From: an uncultured Pelagibacteraceae bacterium
GTDB taxonomy: Bacteria; Pseudomonadota; Alphaproteobacteria; Pelagibacterales; AG-422-B15
DNA: 64,000 nucleotides
Direction of reading: 5' to 3'
NCBI GenBank assembly: GCA_902524285.1
Contig: CABZCR010000006.1
Coordinates: 4,391 to 68,390, forward strand
Each line of letters starts with the position of its first letter. The first letter of the stretch is position 1. The notes below the pieces were generated by a model that saw only the letters and a list, made by a program, of their open reading frames with translations, was not told where the DNA came from and ran no database searches. Shown one piece after another: positions 23,463 through 32,453 of this stretch. The position numbers and the translations under genes were made by a program.

Positions 23463-26400
23463 GTGAACGACTTTATTCATTTAACAAATAAAACAGAATA
23501 CTCATTATCAGAAGGTGCTTTACCTATAGCGCGTATATCGGAACTTTGTCAGGCCTTTAATATGCCGGCTGTTGGAATCACTGACACGAATAATATGTTT
23601 GGAGCTTTGGAATTTAGTGAGAAAGTATCAAGTGTTGGAGTTCAGCCTATAATAGGATGTAATTTAAAAATCCAAACACCTAAAAATTATCTTCATGAAA
23701 ATATTGAAGAAGAAGATCTACATTTCTTTCTTAATATATTCTCTAAAAATGAGGTTGGTTATAAGAATTTATTAAATATTATTTCAAGCGCATACATGAA
23801 TCATAAAGAAAATGCTTATGTAGATATTGAACAGTTGTATAAAAATAAAGAAGGCCTCTTAGTCCTTTCAGGTGGAAATAACTCTATCTTAAAACATTCA
23901 AATGGTAATAACATTACTTCGCAATCAGCGTCATTTGTTACTGACTTTAAAAAAGAATTTATTGATAATTTTTACATTGAAATTCAGAGAATTGAAGGAA
24001 ATGATTATAGAATTGACGAAGAAGTAGTTCTAAATTTGGCTTACGATAATAATATTCCAGTTGTTGCAACTAACGATGTTTACTTTGAGGGACCCGATCA
24101 TTTTGAAGCACATGATGCTCTAATGTGTATTGAAAAAAAACTTTTTGTTTCTCAAAAAGATAGAAAAAGGTTATCAAAAAATCACTATTTTAAGTCTCAA
24201 GTCGAAATGCAAGAAGTGTTTTCAGATATTCCGGAAGCATTATTTAATACAATTGAGGTCGCGCAAAGGTGTTCTCATAGACCAAAAATAAAAATGCCAG
24301 TACTTCCATCTTACGATAATGACGATAGTCGAGAAAAAAAATTATTAAGAGAACTATCCTACAAAGGCCTTGAGCAAAACCTCGCTCAAAAATTTTTGAG
24401 TGAAAAAATAGATAACAATTCAAAATTAAACATAAAAAAGGAATATGAGGAACGATTAGAAAAAGAGTTAAAAATAATTTTAGATATGAAATATGAAGGA
24501 TATTTTTTAATTGTTTCGGATTTTATAAGATGGGCAAAAGATAATGATATACCGGTTGGTCCTGGAAGAGGGTCCGGGGCAGGTTCTTTGGTTGCCTGGT
24601 GTTTGAAAATTACTGATCTAGATCCAATTAAATTTGGTTTAATTTTTGAGAGATTTTTAAATCCAGAGAGAGTTTCTTTGCCTGATTTTGATATCGATTT
24701 TTGTCGTGATGGTAGAGATCGTGTACTCGATTATGTACATCAAAAGTATGGGAATAATCATGTTGCTCAGATAATTACTTTTGGAAAATTACAAGCTCGA
24801 GCAGTAATTAGAGATGTAGGTAGAGTTCTTGGCATTCCATATGGTCAGGTAGATTATCTTTGTAAATTGATGCCTTTTGATCCATCAAGACCTATGACAT
24901 TGCAACAATACATTGATGAAGAACCGAGAATAAAAGAGGAGGCAGGTAAAGATGTAAAAATTGCGAAGTTATTAGATATATCTCTAAAATTAGAAGGTCT
25001 CAAAAGACATGCATCAATTCATGCAGCTGGGGTAGTCATTTCAAAAGAGGAAGTATTCAAAGATGTTCCAATATACAGTGACCCTGACTCAAATATTTTT
25101 CTTACTCAATTTGATATGAAATGGGTTGAAAATGCTGGCTTAGTAAAATTTGATTTTTTAGGTCTCAAGACACTAACGCTAATTGATAATTGTACAAAAT
25201 TGATAAAGTTAAGTAATCCTGATTTTAATATTGATAACATAAAATTAAATGATCAAGGTACTTATGATTTATTAAGTACTGGTGAAACAACTGGCATTTT
25301 CCAGTTAGAGAGTGCGGGTATGAAGGATACTCTAAAGCAACTTCAACCAGATAAATTTGAAGATATTATTGCAATTGTTGCGCTTTATAGGCCTGGTCCT
25401 ATGGCTAATATTCCAAGCTATATAGAAAGAAAGCATGGAAGAGAAAAGCCTGACTACATTCATCCTTTATTAGAAGGCTTATTAAAAGAAACTTATGGAG
25501 TCGTAATTTATCAAGAACAGGTTATGGGGGTAGCTAGAGAGCTATCAGGATATACAGATGGTGAGGCAGATTTACTAAGAAGAGCAATGGGAAAAAAAAT
25601 ACAGAAGGAAATGAACGCTCAAAAACAAAGGTTTATTAATGGCTGCTTAAAAAAAGATATAACGTCAAATGAGGCGCATACTATTTTTGAATTATTATCG
25701 AAATTTGCAGACTACGGATTTAATAAAAGTCATGCCGCAGCATATGCTGTAATAGCATTTCAAACAGCCTTTTTAAAAACTCATTATCCAATAGAGTTTT
25801 TTGCAGCTTCCATGTCACTAGATATTAACAATACAGATAAAATTTCTGTATTTCAGCAAGAGTTGATGCGCCTAAAAATTAAACTAGCCCCACCTAGCGT
25901 TAATTACTCAGGGCCAAATTTTCTGAGAAATAATGACTCAATTTTATATGCACTAGGAGCAATTAAAAATGTGGGTATAGAGTCAATGAAGGATTTGTAC
26001 AATGAAAGAAACGAAAATGGTAATTTTCATGATCTCAACGATTTTATAAATAGAAACAATACCTCAGTAATTAATAAAAAAACAATTGAAGCATTATCTT
26101 GTGCGGGAGCATTTGACGAGTTTAACGTAAGCAGAGCAGCTGTATTTAATCAAGCCTCAGAAATTATAAAGTATCATAAGTCTAAAAACAGTAATTCCAT
26201 AGATCTTCAAAAAGATATGTTTGGTGATATTAACATATCAAGTTTTAAATTAACCGAGGAAGAAGAGTGGAAATCAAATTATAAATTAATGAAAGAATAT
26301 GAGATGTTGGGTTTTTATTTATCGGGTCACCCACTGTCGACACACAAAAAAAACTATAAACCTTTAATGTTAAAAGAATATTCAGAAATCAAAGAAAATT

Positions 26401-26924
26401 CAGAACTGCATAATCAAAAAGATCTTCTTTTAGGTGGCACCTTACTTTCTAAAAAAGAAAAAAGATCAGCTAGGGGTAATAATTATGCATTTTTAAATTT
26501 CTCTGACCTGTCATCAATCTTTGAGCTAATTATATTTGAAAGTAACCTTAGAAAATACCGTGAGCTACTTTTAGAAGGTGAGTCATTTGTATTAGGTGTG
26601 GATTTTTCATCGCAAAATGGAAGTTTAAGAGGGGAGCTCAAAAAAGTATTTAGTTTTGAAGAAGTTGAAAAGATTCATAAGACAAATAATTTTAATAACA
26701 AAGAAAATAATAAACTAAACAATCAAACACTTAAAATTTATGCCGATAGAAGTTTTTCAAAGGATGAATTAGCAAAATTAAATTGGGTTAAAGGGCATAA
26801 TAAAATAGAGATTATCATTAATAATCAACTACTTAAGATTCCTGGTGAATTCAATATTACTACAGAGATGATTAATAAGATGAAAAGCCTTAACGGCGTA
26901 ATGAAAATTGATTTTGTAGAATAA
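23463..26924 (+). CDS. dnaE: DNA polymerase III alpha subunit
   Basis: GPGRGSGAGS, ERFLNPERVSLPDFDIDF, KFDFLGL, YGFNKSHA. Confidence 0.98.
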   Translation: MNDFIHLTNKTEYSLSEGALPIARISELCQAFNMPAVGITDTNNMFGALEFSEKVSSVGVQPIIGCNLKIQTPKNYLHENIEEEDLHFFLNIFSKNEVGYKNLLNIISSAYMNHKENAYVDIEQLYKNKEGLLVLSGGNNSILKHSNGNNITSQSASFVTDFKKEFIDNFYIEIQRIEGNDYRIDEEVVLNLAYDNNIPVVATNDVYFEGPDHFEAHDALMCIEKKLFVSQKDRKRLSKNHYFKSQVEMQEVFSDIPEALFNTIEVAQRCSHRPKIKMPVLPSYDNDDSREKKLLRELSYKGLEQNLAQKFLSEKIDNNSKLNIKKEYEERLEKELKIILDMKYEGYFLIVSDFIRWAKDNDIPVGPGRGSGAGSLVAWCLKITDLDPIKFGLIFERFLNPERVSLPDFDIDFCRDGRDRVLDYVHQKYGNNHVAQIITFGKLQARAVIRDVGRVLGIPYGQVDYLCKLMPFDPSRPMTLQQYIDEEPRIKEEAGKDVKIAKLLDISLKLEGLKRHASIHAAGVVISKEEVFKDVPIYSDPDSNIFLTQFDMKWVENAGLVKFDFLGLKTLTLIDNCTKLIKLSNPDFNIDNIKLNDQGTYDLLSTGETTGIFQLESAGMKDTLKQLQPDKFEDIIAIVALYRPGPMANIPSYIERKHGREKPDYIHPLLEGLLKETYGVVIYQEQVMGVARELSGYTDGEADLLRRAMGKKIQKEMNAQKQRFINGCLKKDITSNEAHTIFELLSKFADYGFNKSHAAAYAVIAFQTAFLKTHYPIEFFAASMSLDINNTDKISVFQQELMRLKIKLAPPSVNYSGPNFLRNNDSILYALGAIKNVGIESMKDLYNERNENGNFHDLNDFINRNNTSVINKKTIEALSCAGAFDEFNVSRAAVFNQASEIIKYHKSKNSNSIDLQKDMFGDINISSFKLTEEEEWKSNYKLMKEYEMLGFYLSGHPLSTHKKNYKPLMLKEYSEIKENSELHNQKDLLLGGTLLSKKEKRSARGNNYAFLNFSDLSSIFELIIFESNLRKYRELLLEGESFVLGVDFSSQNGSLRGELKKVFSFEEVEKIHKTNNFNNKENNKLNNQTLKIYADRSFSKDELAKLNWVKGHNKIEIIINNQLLKIPGEFNITTEMINKMKSLNGVMKIDFVE

Positions 26925-26925
26925 G

Positions 26926-26955
26926 TTGTTGTAAAGCTTGTTTATTTAATATAAT
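26926..26955 (+). promoter_or_regulatory. putative sigma70 promoter of the rpsB-tsf operon
   Basis: TATAAT at 26950-26955 with TTGTTG/TTGTAA at 26926-26934, just upstream of the structured leader. Confidence 0.55.
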
Positions 26956-26969
26956 TACATTCAAAATAT

Positions 26970-27040
26970 CACACAGCGATAGCTAATGCTGTCCGGTCCT
27001 TAATCAGGTCAAATTGCTGTGGATGAATAACCGGAGAAAG
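26970..27040 (+). ncRNA. rpsB 5' leader RNA (S2 autoregulatory, t44-like element)
   Basis: Stem CACAGCGAT (26972-80) with ATTGCTGTG (27013-21). TCCGGT (26992-97) is complementary to ACCGGA (27030-35), which overlaps the GGAG ribosome-binding site. GC-rich island in AT-rich DNA. Confidence 0.7.
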
Positions 27041-27044
27041 TAAA

Positions 27045-27854
27045 ATGACTATACCAAATATAAATTTAAAAGAGCTAGTTGAGGCTGGAGTTCACTTTGG
27101 ACACAAATCTCAAAGATGGAATCCAAAAATGTCTAAGTACATTCATAGTACTAAAGAAAACATTCATATCATTAATTTAAACTATACAGTACAAATGATG
27201 AGTGAGGCATTAACTGTAATTGATAATGTAGTTTCAAAAGGAGGAAAAATTTTATTTGTTGCAACTAAAAAGCAAGCTTCTAATAAAATTGCAGATTTAG
27301 CCGATGAAACTAATCAATATTTTGTAAATCATCGTTGGCTTGGTGGAATGCTTACAAACTGGTCAACAATAACAAAATCAATAAAAAAAATGAAGGAACT
27401 AGAAATTCTCAAATCTAATCCTGATAACGAGTTCACAAAAAAAGAAGTTCTAAAGATTTCTAATCAATATGAAAAATTAGTTAAATCTTTAAGGGGAATA
27501 AGTGAAATGAAAAAATCACCAGATTTGATTTTTATTATTGATACTAAGTTAGAACATATTGCTGTTTCAGAGGCCAATTTATTAAATATACCTATTATTG
27601 GTATAGTTGATACGAACTGTGATCCTGATAAAATAGACTACCCTATACCAGGTAATGATGATTCTAGAAGATCTATAGATTTGTATTGTTCATTAATTAG
27701 AGAAACAATTATTTCTTCTAATGAAAAAATTGATTTTCAAAATGTTACCAGCAGTAATATGAAAGATGATTTAGAAAAACAAAACACTAAATCTACAGAA
27801 GTTGCTGATAATGGTAATGATAGTAAAGTCATGAGCAACGTCAATGACAATTAG
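27045..27854 (+). CDS. rpsB: 30S ribosomal protein S2
   Basis: EAGVHFGH, WNPKM, RWLGGMLTN, PGNDD. Confidence 0.98.
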   Translation: MTIPNINLKELVEAGVHFGHKSQRWNPKMSKYIHSTKENIHIINLNYTVQMMSEALTVIDNVVSKGGKILFVATKKQASNKIADLADETNQYFVNHRWLGGMLTNWSTITKSIKKMKELEILKSNPDNEFTKKEVLKISNQYEKLVKSLRGISEMKKSPDLIFIIDTKLEHIAVSEANLLNIPIIGIVDTNCDPDKIDYPIPGNDDSRRSIDLYCSLIRETIISSNEKIDFQNVTSSNMKDDLEKQNTKSTEVADNGNDSKVMSNVNDN

Positions 27855-28671
27855 TGCTAAAGAGGTTCAAGAATTAAGAAAAATGTCAGGTGCTGGCATG
27901 ATGGAGTGTAAAGCTGCTTTAACTGACTCGGGTGGGGATATAACCAAAGCCTTTAAAATATTGAGAGAAAAAGGTATCGCAAAAGCAGAAAAAAAATCAA
28001 GTAGAGATGCTAATGAAGGTCTTATAGGTGTTAAAGTTTCATCTGGTAAAGCTTCTATGGTAGAAATAAATTCAGAAACTGATTTTGTTTCAAGGAATTC
28101 TGAGTTTCATCTCCTTGTTAATTCAATTCTGGATTTATCTCTTGCTGACATTAAAATCTCACTAGATGACAATCAAAAAGTAAAAGACTTAATTAATACT
28201 GCTGTCGGTAAAATAGGAGAGAATATAGTATTAAGAAGATCAACTACATTAAGCGGCAATATATTTAGCTATGTTCATAATAGCGTTAGTGATGGACTAG
28301 GTAAAATAGGTGTTTTGATTGACGTTGAAACAACAAACAACGATTTTTCTCAAATTGGTAAGAACTTATGTATGCATATTGCAGCTCTTAGCCCCAAATC
28401 TGTATCAGAAAAAGATTTAGATAATGAAATTATTAATGCTGAAAAAGAAATTATTAAACAGCAATTAAAAGATACTGGTAAGCCAGATAATATTCTAGAA
28501 AAAATGATGGTTGGAAAATTAAAAAAATTTTATGAAGAAAATACACTACTGGGGCAAAAATTTGTAGTTGATCCTTCAATCAGTGTTGCGGAGTACATTG
28601 ACAAAGTGTCGAATGATTACAAATGTGATATATCTATTAACAAGTTCGTAAGGTACGAGATAGGTTCATAG
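27844..28671 (+). CDS. tsf: translation elongation factor Ts
   Basis: ELRKMSGAGMMECKAAL, NSETDFV. Confidence 0.98.
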   Translation: MTISAKEVQELRKMSGAGMMECKAALTDSGGDITKAFKILREKGIAKAEKKSSRDANEGLIGVKVSSGKASMVEINSETDFVSRNSEFHLLVNSILDLSLADIKISLDDNQKVKDLINTAVGKIGENIVLRRSTTLSGNIFSYVHNSVSDGLGKIGVLIDVETTNNDFSQIGKNLCMHIAALSPKSVSEKDLDNEIINAEKEIIKQQLKDTGKPDNILEKMMVGKLKKFYEENTLLGQKFVVDPSISVAEYIDKVSNDYKCDISINKFVRYEIGS

Positions 28672-28672
28672 A

Positions 28673-29392
28673 ATGCCAAAAAAAAGATTAGACCGGATTC
28701 TTATTAAATTATCTGGCGAGTCTTTGATGGGTAAAGAGAGTTATGGTATAGAGCTGAAAACTGTTAATAGAATAGCGACTGACCTGATTTCATTTAAAAA
28801 ACTAAATAAACAAATTTGTATTGTAATTGGAGGTGGAAATATATTTAGAGGTCTTGCCGTATCTGCAAAAGGTATGGACAGGGCAAACGCTGATTATATG
28901 GGCATGCTTGCTACCGTTATGAATAGCTTAGCTTTGCAGAATTCACTAGAAAAACTTAATGTGGAAACAAGAGTAATGTCAGCTTTTCCAATCCAATCTA
29001 TTTGTGAAACATACATTAGAAGACGAGCAATAAGACATATGGAAAAAAATAGAATTGTAATTTGTGCAGCTGGAACAGGAAATCCATATTTTTCTACAGA
29101 CACAGCCTCTGCTTTAAGAGCCGCTGAATTAGAGTGCAAAGAAATATATAAGGCAACTAAAGTTGATGGCATCTATGATAAAGATCCGAAGAAATTTAAA
29201 AATGCCAAAAGATATAAAAAGATTACATATAGTAAGTTTTTGTCAAAAAATCTGCAGGTTCTAGATAGCGCAGCGGTAAGTATTGCAAGAGACAATAATA
29301 TACCAATTAAAATTTTTTCAATATTAGGAAAAAATTGTTTCAAAAATGTATATAATAATAAAAGTAAATATTCATTAATTAGCAATGTTTGA
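28673..29392 (+). CDS. pyrH: UMP kinase
   Basis: KLSGESL, GGGNIFRG, GTGNPYFSTD. Confidence 0.97.
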   Translation: MPKKRLDRILIKLSGESLMGKESYGIELKTVNRIATDLISFKKLNKQICIVIGGGNIFRGLAVSAKGMDRANADYMGMLATVMNSLALQNSLEKLNVETRVMSAFPIQSICETYIRRRAIRHMEKNRIVICAAGTGNPYFSTDTASALRAAELECKEIYKATKVDGIYDKDPKKFKNAKRYKKITYSKFLSKNLQVLDSAAVSIARDNNIPIKIFSILGKNCFKNVYNNKSKYSLISNV

Positions 29393-29942
29393 ACAAATAA
29401 AAAATGATATTGAAAGTAGAATGAATGCATCAATCCAGTCATATAAATCTGATATGCAAGGTATTAGAGCAGGAAGAGCATCTCCAAGCATGTTAGACTC
29501 ACTTAAGGTGGATGCTTATGGGCAAAAAATGAGTATCAACCAACTCGGAAACATTACAACACCAGATGCAAGAACAATTAATATAGACGTATGGGATGAT
29601 TCAAATGTTACGTTTGTAGAAAAATCTATCAGGGAGTCTGACTTAGGAATTAATCCAATGATAGAAGGTAATTTAATTAGACTGCCTCTTCCTCAACTCA
29701 CAGAAGAAAGAAGAATTGAATACTTAAAAATGGCGGGAAAAATATCAGAAAATACAAAAGTTGCAATAAGGAATATTAGGAGAGACGGTATTGAGCAAGT
29801 TAAAAAATTAGAAAAAAATAAAGAAATTGGCCAAGATGATTCAAAAAAATTTCAAGATAGCATTGAAAACATAACTTCAAATCAAATTAAAATAATTGAA
29901 GATATTTTAAAGACAAAAGAAGAAGATTTAAAAAATATTTAA
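29385..29942 (+). CDS. frr: ribosome recycling factor
   Basis: IRAGRAS, PQLTEERR, VAIRNIRRD. Confidence 0.97.
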   Translation: MFEQIKNDIESRMNASIQSYKSDMQGIRAGRASPSMLDSLKVDAYGQKMSINQLGNITTPDARTINIDVWDDSNVTFVEKSIRESDLGINPMIEGNLIRLPLPQLTEERRIEYLKMAGKISENTKVAIRNIRRDGIEQVKKLEKNKEIGQDDSKKFQDSIENITSNQIKIIEDILKTKEEDLKNI

Positions 29943-29948
29943 TTCATA

Positions 29949-30644
29949 GTGAAATCATATATTTTTTCAAAAAAGAAAATAAACCACGTTGCGATTATAA
30001 TGGATGGGAATGGCAGGTGGGCAAAAAAAAATGATTTGCCAAAAAGAGATGGTCACGAATATGGTATCAAAAACTGTATTAATATATGTGAAAAATTGGA
30101 TAAACTAAAATATAAGATTAGTGAAATTTCATTTTATGTATTTTCAACTGAAAATTGGATGAGGAAGCCATCAGAAGTAAAAAATCTATTTGATCTTATT
30201 CAAATATTTTATGATGACTTTAAATTAAAAGCTCATGAAAATAATTTAAAAGTAAGACATTACGGAAGTAGAAAAAAATTATCAAAAAATTTACTTAAAA
30301 TTATTGACGATGTAACAATCAAAACAAAAAAAAATAATGGAACAATTGTTAATCTTTTATTTAATTATGGGTCTAGACAAGAAATCGATGACGCAATAAG
30401 CAAAATTAATAAAATAAAAAAACCATCTAAAAATTTTAAAAAATATCTTTATGTTCCTGACTCACATGATCCAGATTTGATAATAAGAACTGGAGGCGAA
30501 TTAAGATTAAGTAACTTTATGTTGTGGCAGAGTGCGTATGCTGAATTGTATTTTACAAAAGTTTTATGGCCAGATTTTAAAATCAAAAATTTAAATCTGG
30601 CACTTGACAATTATACGAAAAGAAAAAGAAAACTTGGTAAATAA
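29949..30644 (+). CDS. uppS: undecaprenyl diphosphate synthase
   Basis: HVAIIMDGNGRWA, FSTENW, DLIIRTGGELRLSNF. Confidence 0.96.
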   Translation: MKSYIFSKKKINHVAIIMDGNGRWAKKNDLPKRDGHEYGIKNCINICEKLDKLKYKISEISFYVFSTENWMRKPSEVKNLFDLIQIFYDDFKLKAHENNLKVRHYGSRKKLSKNLLKIIDDVTIKTKKNNGTIVNLLFNYGSRQEIDDAISKINKIKKPSKNFKKYLYVPDSHDPDLIIRTGGELRLSNFMLWQSAYAELYFTKVLWPDFKIKNLNLALDNYTKRKRKLGK

Positions 30645-31292
30645 GTGAACAAATTAATTAATAAGGAATTATTGTATCGTATAATTTCTCTTCTTATATT
30701 TGTACCAATGGTGATCTTGCCATTGCTATATAGTAATTTAGCATCAATTATTATTTACTTAATATTTGTATCAATAATTTTGAATGAAATATATGAGATG
30801 AAGTCAAAGGTAAAAAAGTTATATATGTATAACATTTACTCACTCATCACAGTGACTGCTTTTTTTTTATTTCTGTTAATATTGATAACAAATAAGCTAT
30901 CTAGTCTTTTCTTGGTGTATATAATTATAGTGGTCTGGGCTTTTGATACATTTTCTTTTTTAGGAGGAAAGATTATTGGTGGGATTAAACTAATGCCTAG
31001 TATAAGTTCTGGAAAAACAATTAGTGGCCTTGTAACTGGAATTATAATGACACTTGTACTAAGCGAGTTTATGAATCAGATTTTCGGTAATATTTTAAAA
31101 ATCTCATTATTTTATTCAATTTATATCATTACACTTTCCTTTGCAGGTGATACATTGGTTTCATTACTTAAGCGACACGCCTCTATTAAAGACTCAGGAA
31201 TTATTATGCCCGGACACGGAGGTTTGCTTGATAGATTTGACTCATTTATATTTGTTTTTTTTGCGATTGGGACTCAATATTTATTAATATGA
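30645..31292 (+). CDS. cdsA: phosphatidate cytidylyltransferase
   Basis: KDSGIIMPGHGGLLDRFDS. Confidence 0.95.
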   Translation: MNKLINKELLYRIISLLIFVPMVILPLLYSNLASIIIYLIFVSIILNEIYEMKSKVKKLYMYNIYSLITVTAFFLFLLILITNKLSSLFLVYIIIVVWAFDTFSFLGGKIIGGIKLMPSISSGKTISGLVTGIIMTLVLSEFMNQIFGNILKISLFYSIYIITLSFAGDTLVSLLKRHASIKDSGIIMPGHGGLLDRFDSFIFVFFAIGTQYLLI

Positions 31293-32437
31293 AAAAAATG
31301 AATGTAGTTATTTATGGAGCAACCGGAAATATTGGAAGATCTGTGCTTTCAATAATACGTAAAAATAAAAAGTTTTTTAATGTAGAAGGTATAACTTGTA
31401 ATACAAATGTTTCCAAACTACTTAAAATAGCTGATTCACTAAATATCAAAAAAATAGGTTTTAATGAAAAATCTTTAAAGCGATCTGTTAGATTAAATCA
31501 AAAAAAATTTGAAATATTCAATGATATTTCAGACTATGAAAAAATGATTTCAAAGAAAACAGATATAATAGTTTTTGCTAATAGTGGACTTTCGTCACTA
31601 GAGCTTCTTTTAAAGTTATTAAAATTGGGAAAAAAAATTGGAATAGCCAATAAAGAATGCATAATAAGTATGGGTGATAATTTTAAAAAAATATCAAACA
31701 AGTACTCCACAGAGATAGTCCCTTTAGACTCAGAGCACAATTCGATTTATCATTTATTGAAACAAAATTATGGCAAGTTCAAATCTATCACCATTACGGC
31801 TACTGGAGGACCATTTATTAATTCTAAAATGGAAACGTTAAAGAAAGTTACTTTTGCTGAAGCAATTAAACATCCGGTATGGAAAATGGGTACCAAAATA
31901 TCAATTGACTCAGCAACTATGATGAACAAAGCGCTTGAAATGATTGAAGCAAAATATTTATTTAACTTAGAAAGTAATGAGATAAATGCAATAATTCATC
32001 CTCAAGCCTTAGTTCATGCATTAGTGAATTATGAAAATGGAATTAGTACAGCAATTTTTAACAAACCTGATATGAGGATTCCTATTTCATCGTTGTTTTT
32101 TAAATTTGATAGATTTAAAAATTTTAATAATAACCTAGATCTTACAAAAAAATCATTGGAGTTTATTCAAATTGATACAAATAAATTTCCAGCAATTAAA
32201 TTAGGTTATAGTATCATGAAACAAGGTGGCTTAGCACCTCATGTATTTAATTATATTAATGAAAAATTGGTAAATTTGTTTATTAACAAAAGGATTGGTT
32301 TCTTGGATATAGTAAAATACAATGAAATCAACGTAGAAAGGGTATTTAGTAAAAACACAAATGTTTATAACCCTAAAATTGAAGATTTAAAAAATATTAA
32401 TCAATGGATTGATAATAATTTATATATTGGTAATTAA
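31289..32437 (+). CDS. dxr: 1-deoxy-D-xylulose-5-phosphate reductoisomerase
   Basis: ANKE, PLDSEH, TGGPF, MGTKISIDSATMMNK. Confidence 0.95.
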   Translation: MKKMNVVIYGATGNIGRSVLSIIRKNKKFFNVEGITCNTNVSKLLKIADSLNIKKIGFNEKSLKRSVRLNQKKFEIFNDISDYEKMISKKTDIIVFANSGLSSLELLLKLLKLGKKIGIANKECIISMGDNFKKISNKYSTEIVPLDSEHNSIYHLLKQNYGKFKSITITATGGPFINSKMETLKKVTFAEAIKHPVWKMGTKISIDSATMMNKALEMIEAKYLFNLESNEINAIIHPQALVHALVNYENGISTAIFNKPDMRIPISSLFFKFDRFKNFNNNLDLTKKSLEFIQIDTNKFPAIKLGYSIMKQGGLAPHVFNYINEKLVNLFINKRIGFLDIVKYNEINVERVFSKNTNVYNPKIEDLKNINQWIDNNLYIGN

Positions 32438-32453
32438 GGAAGTTTAAGATTTC

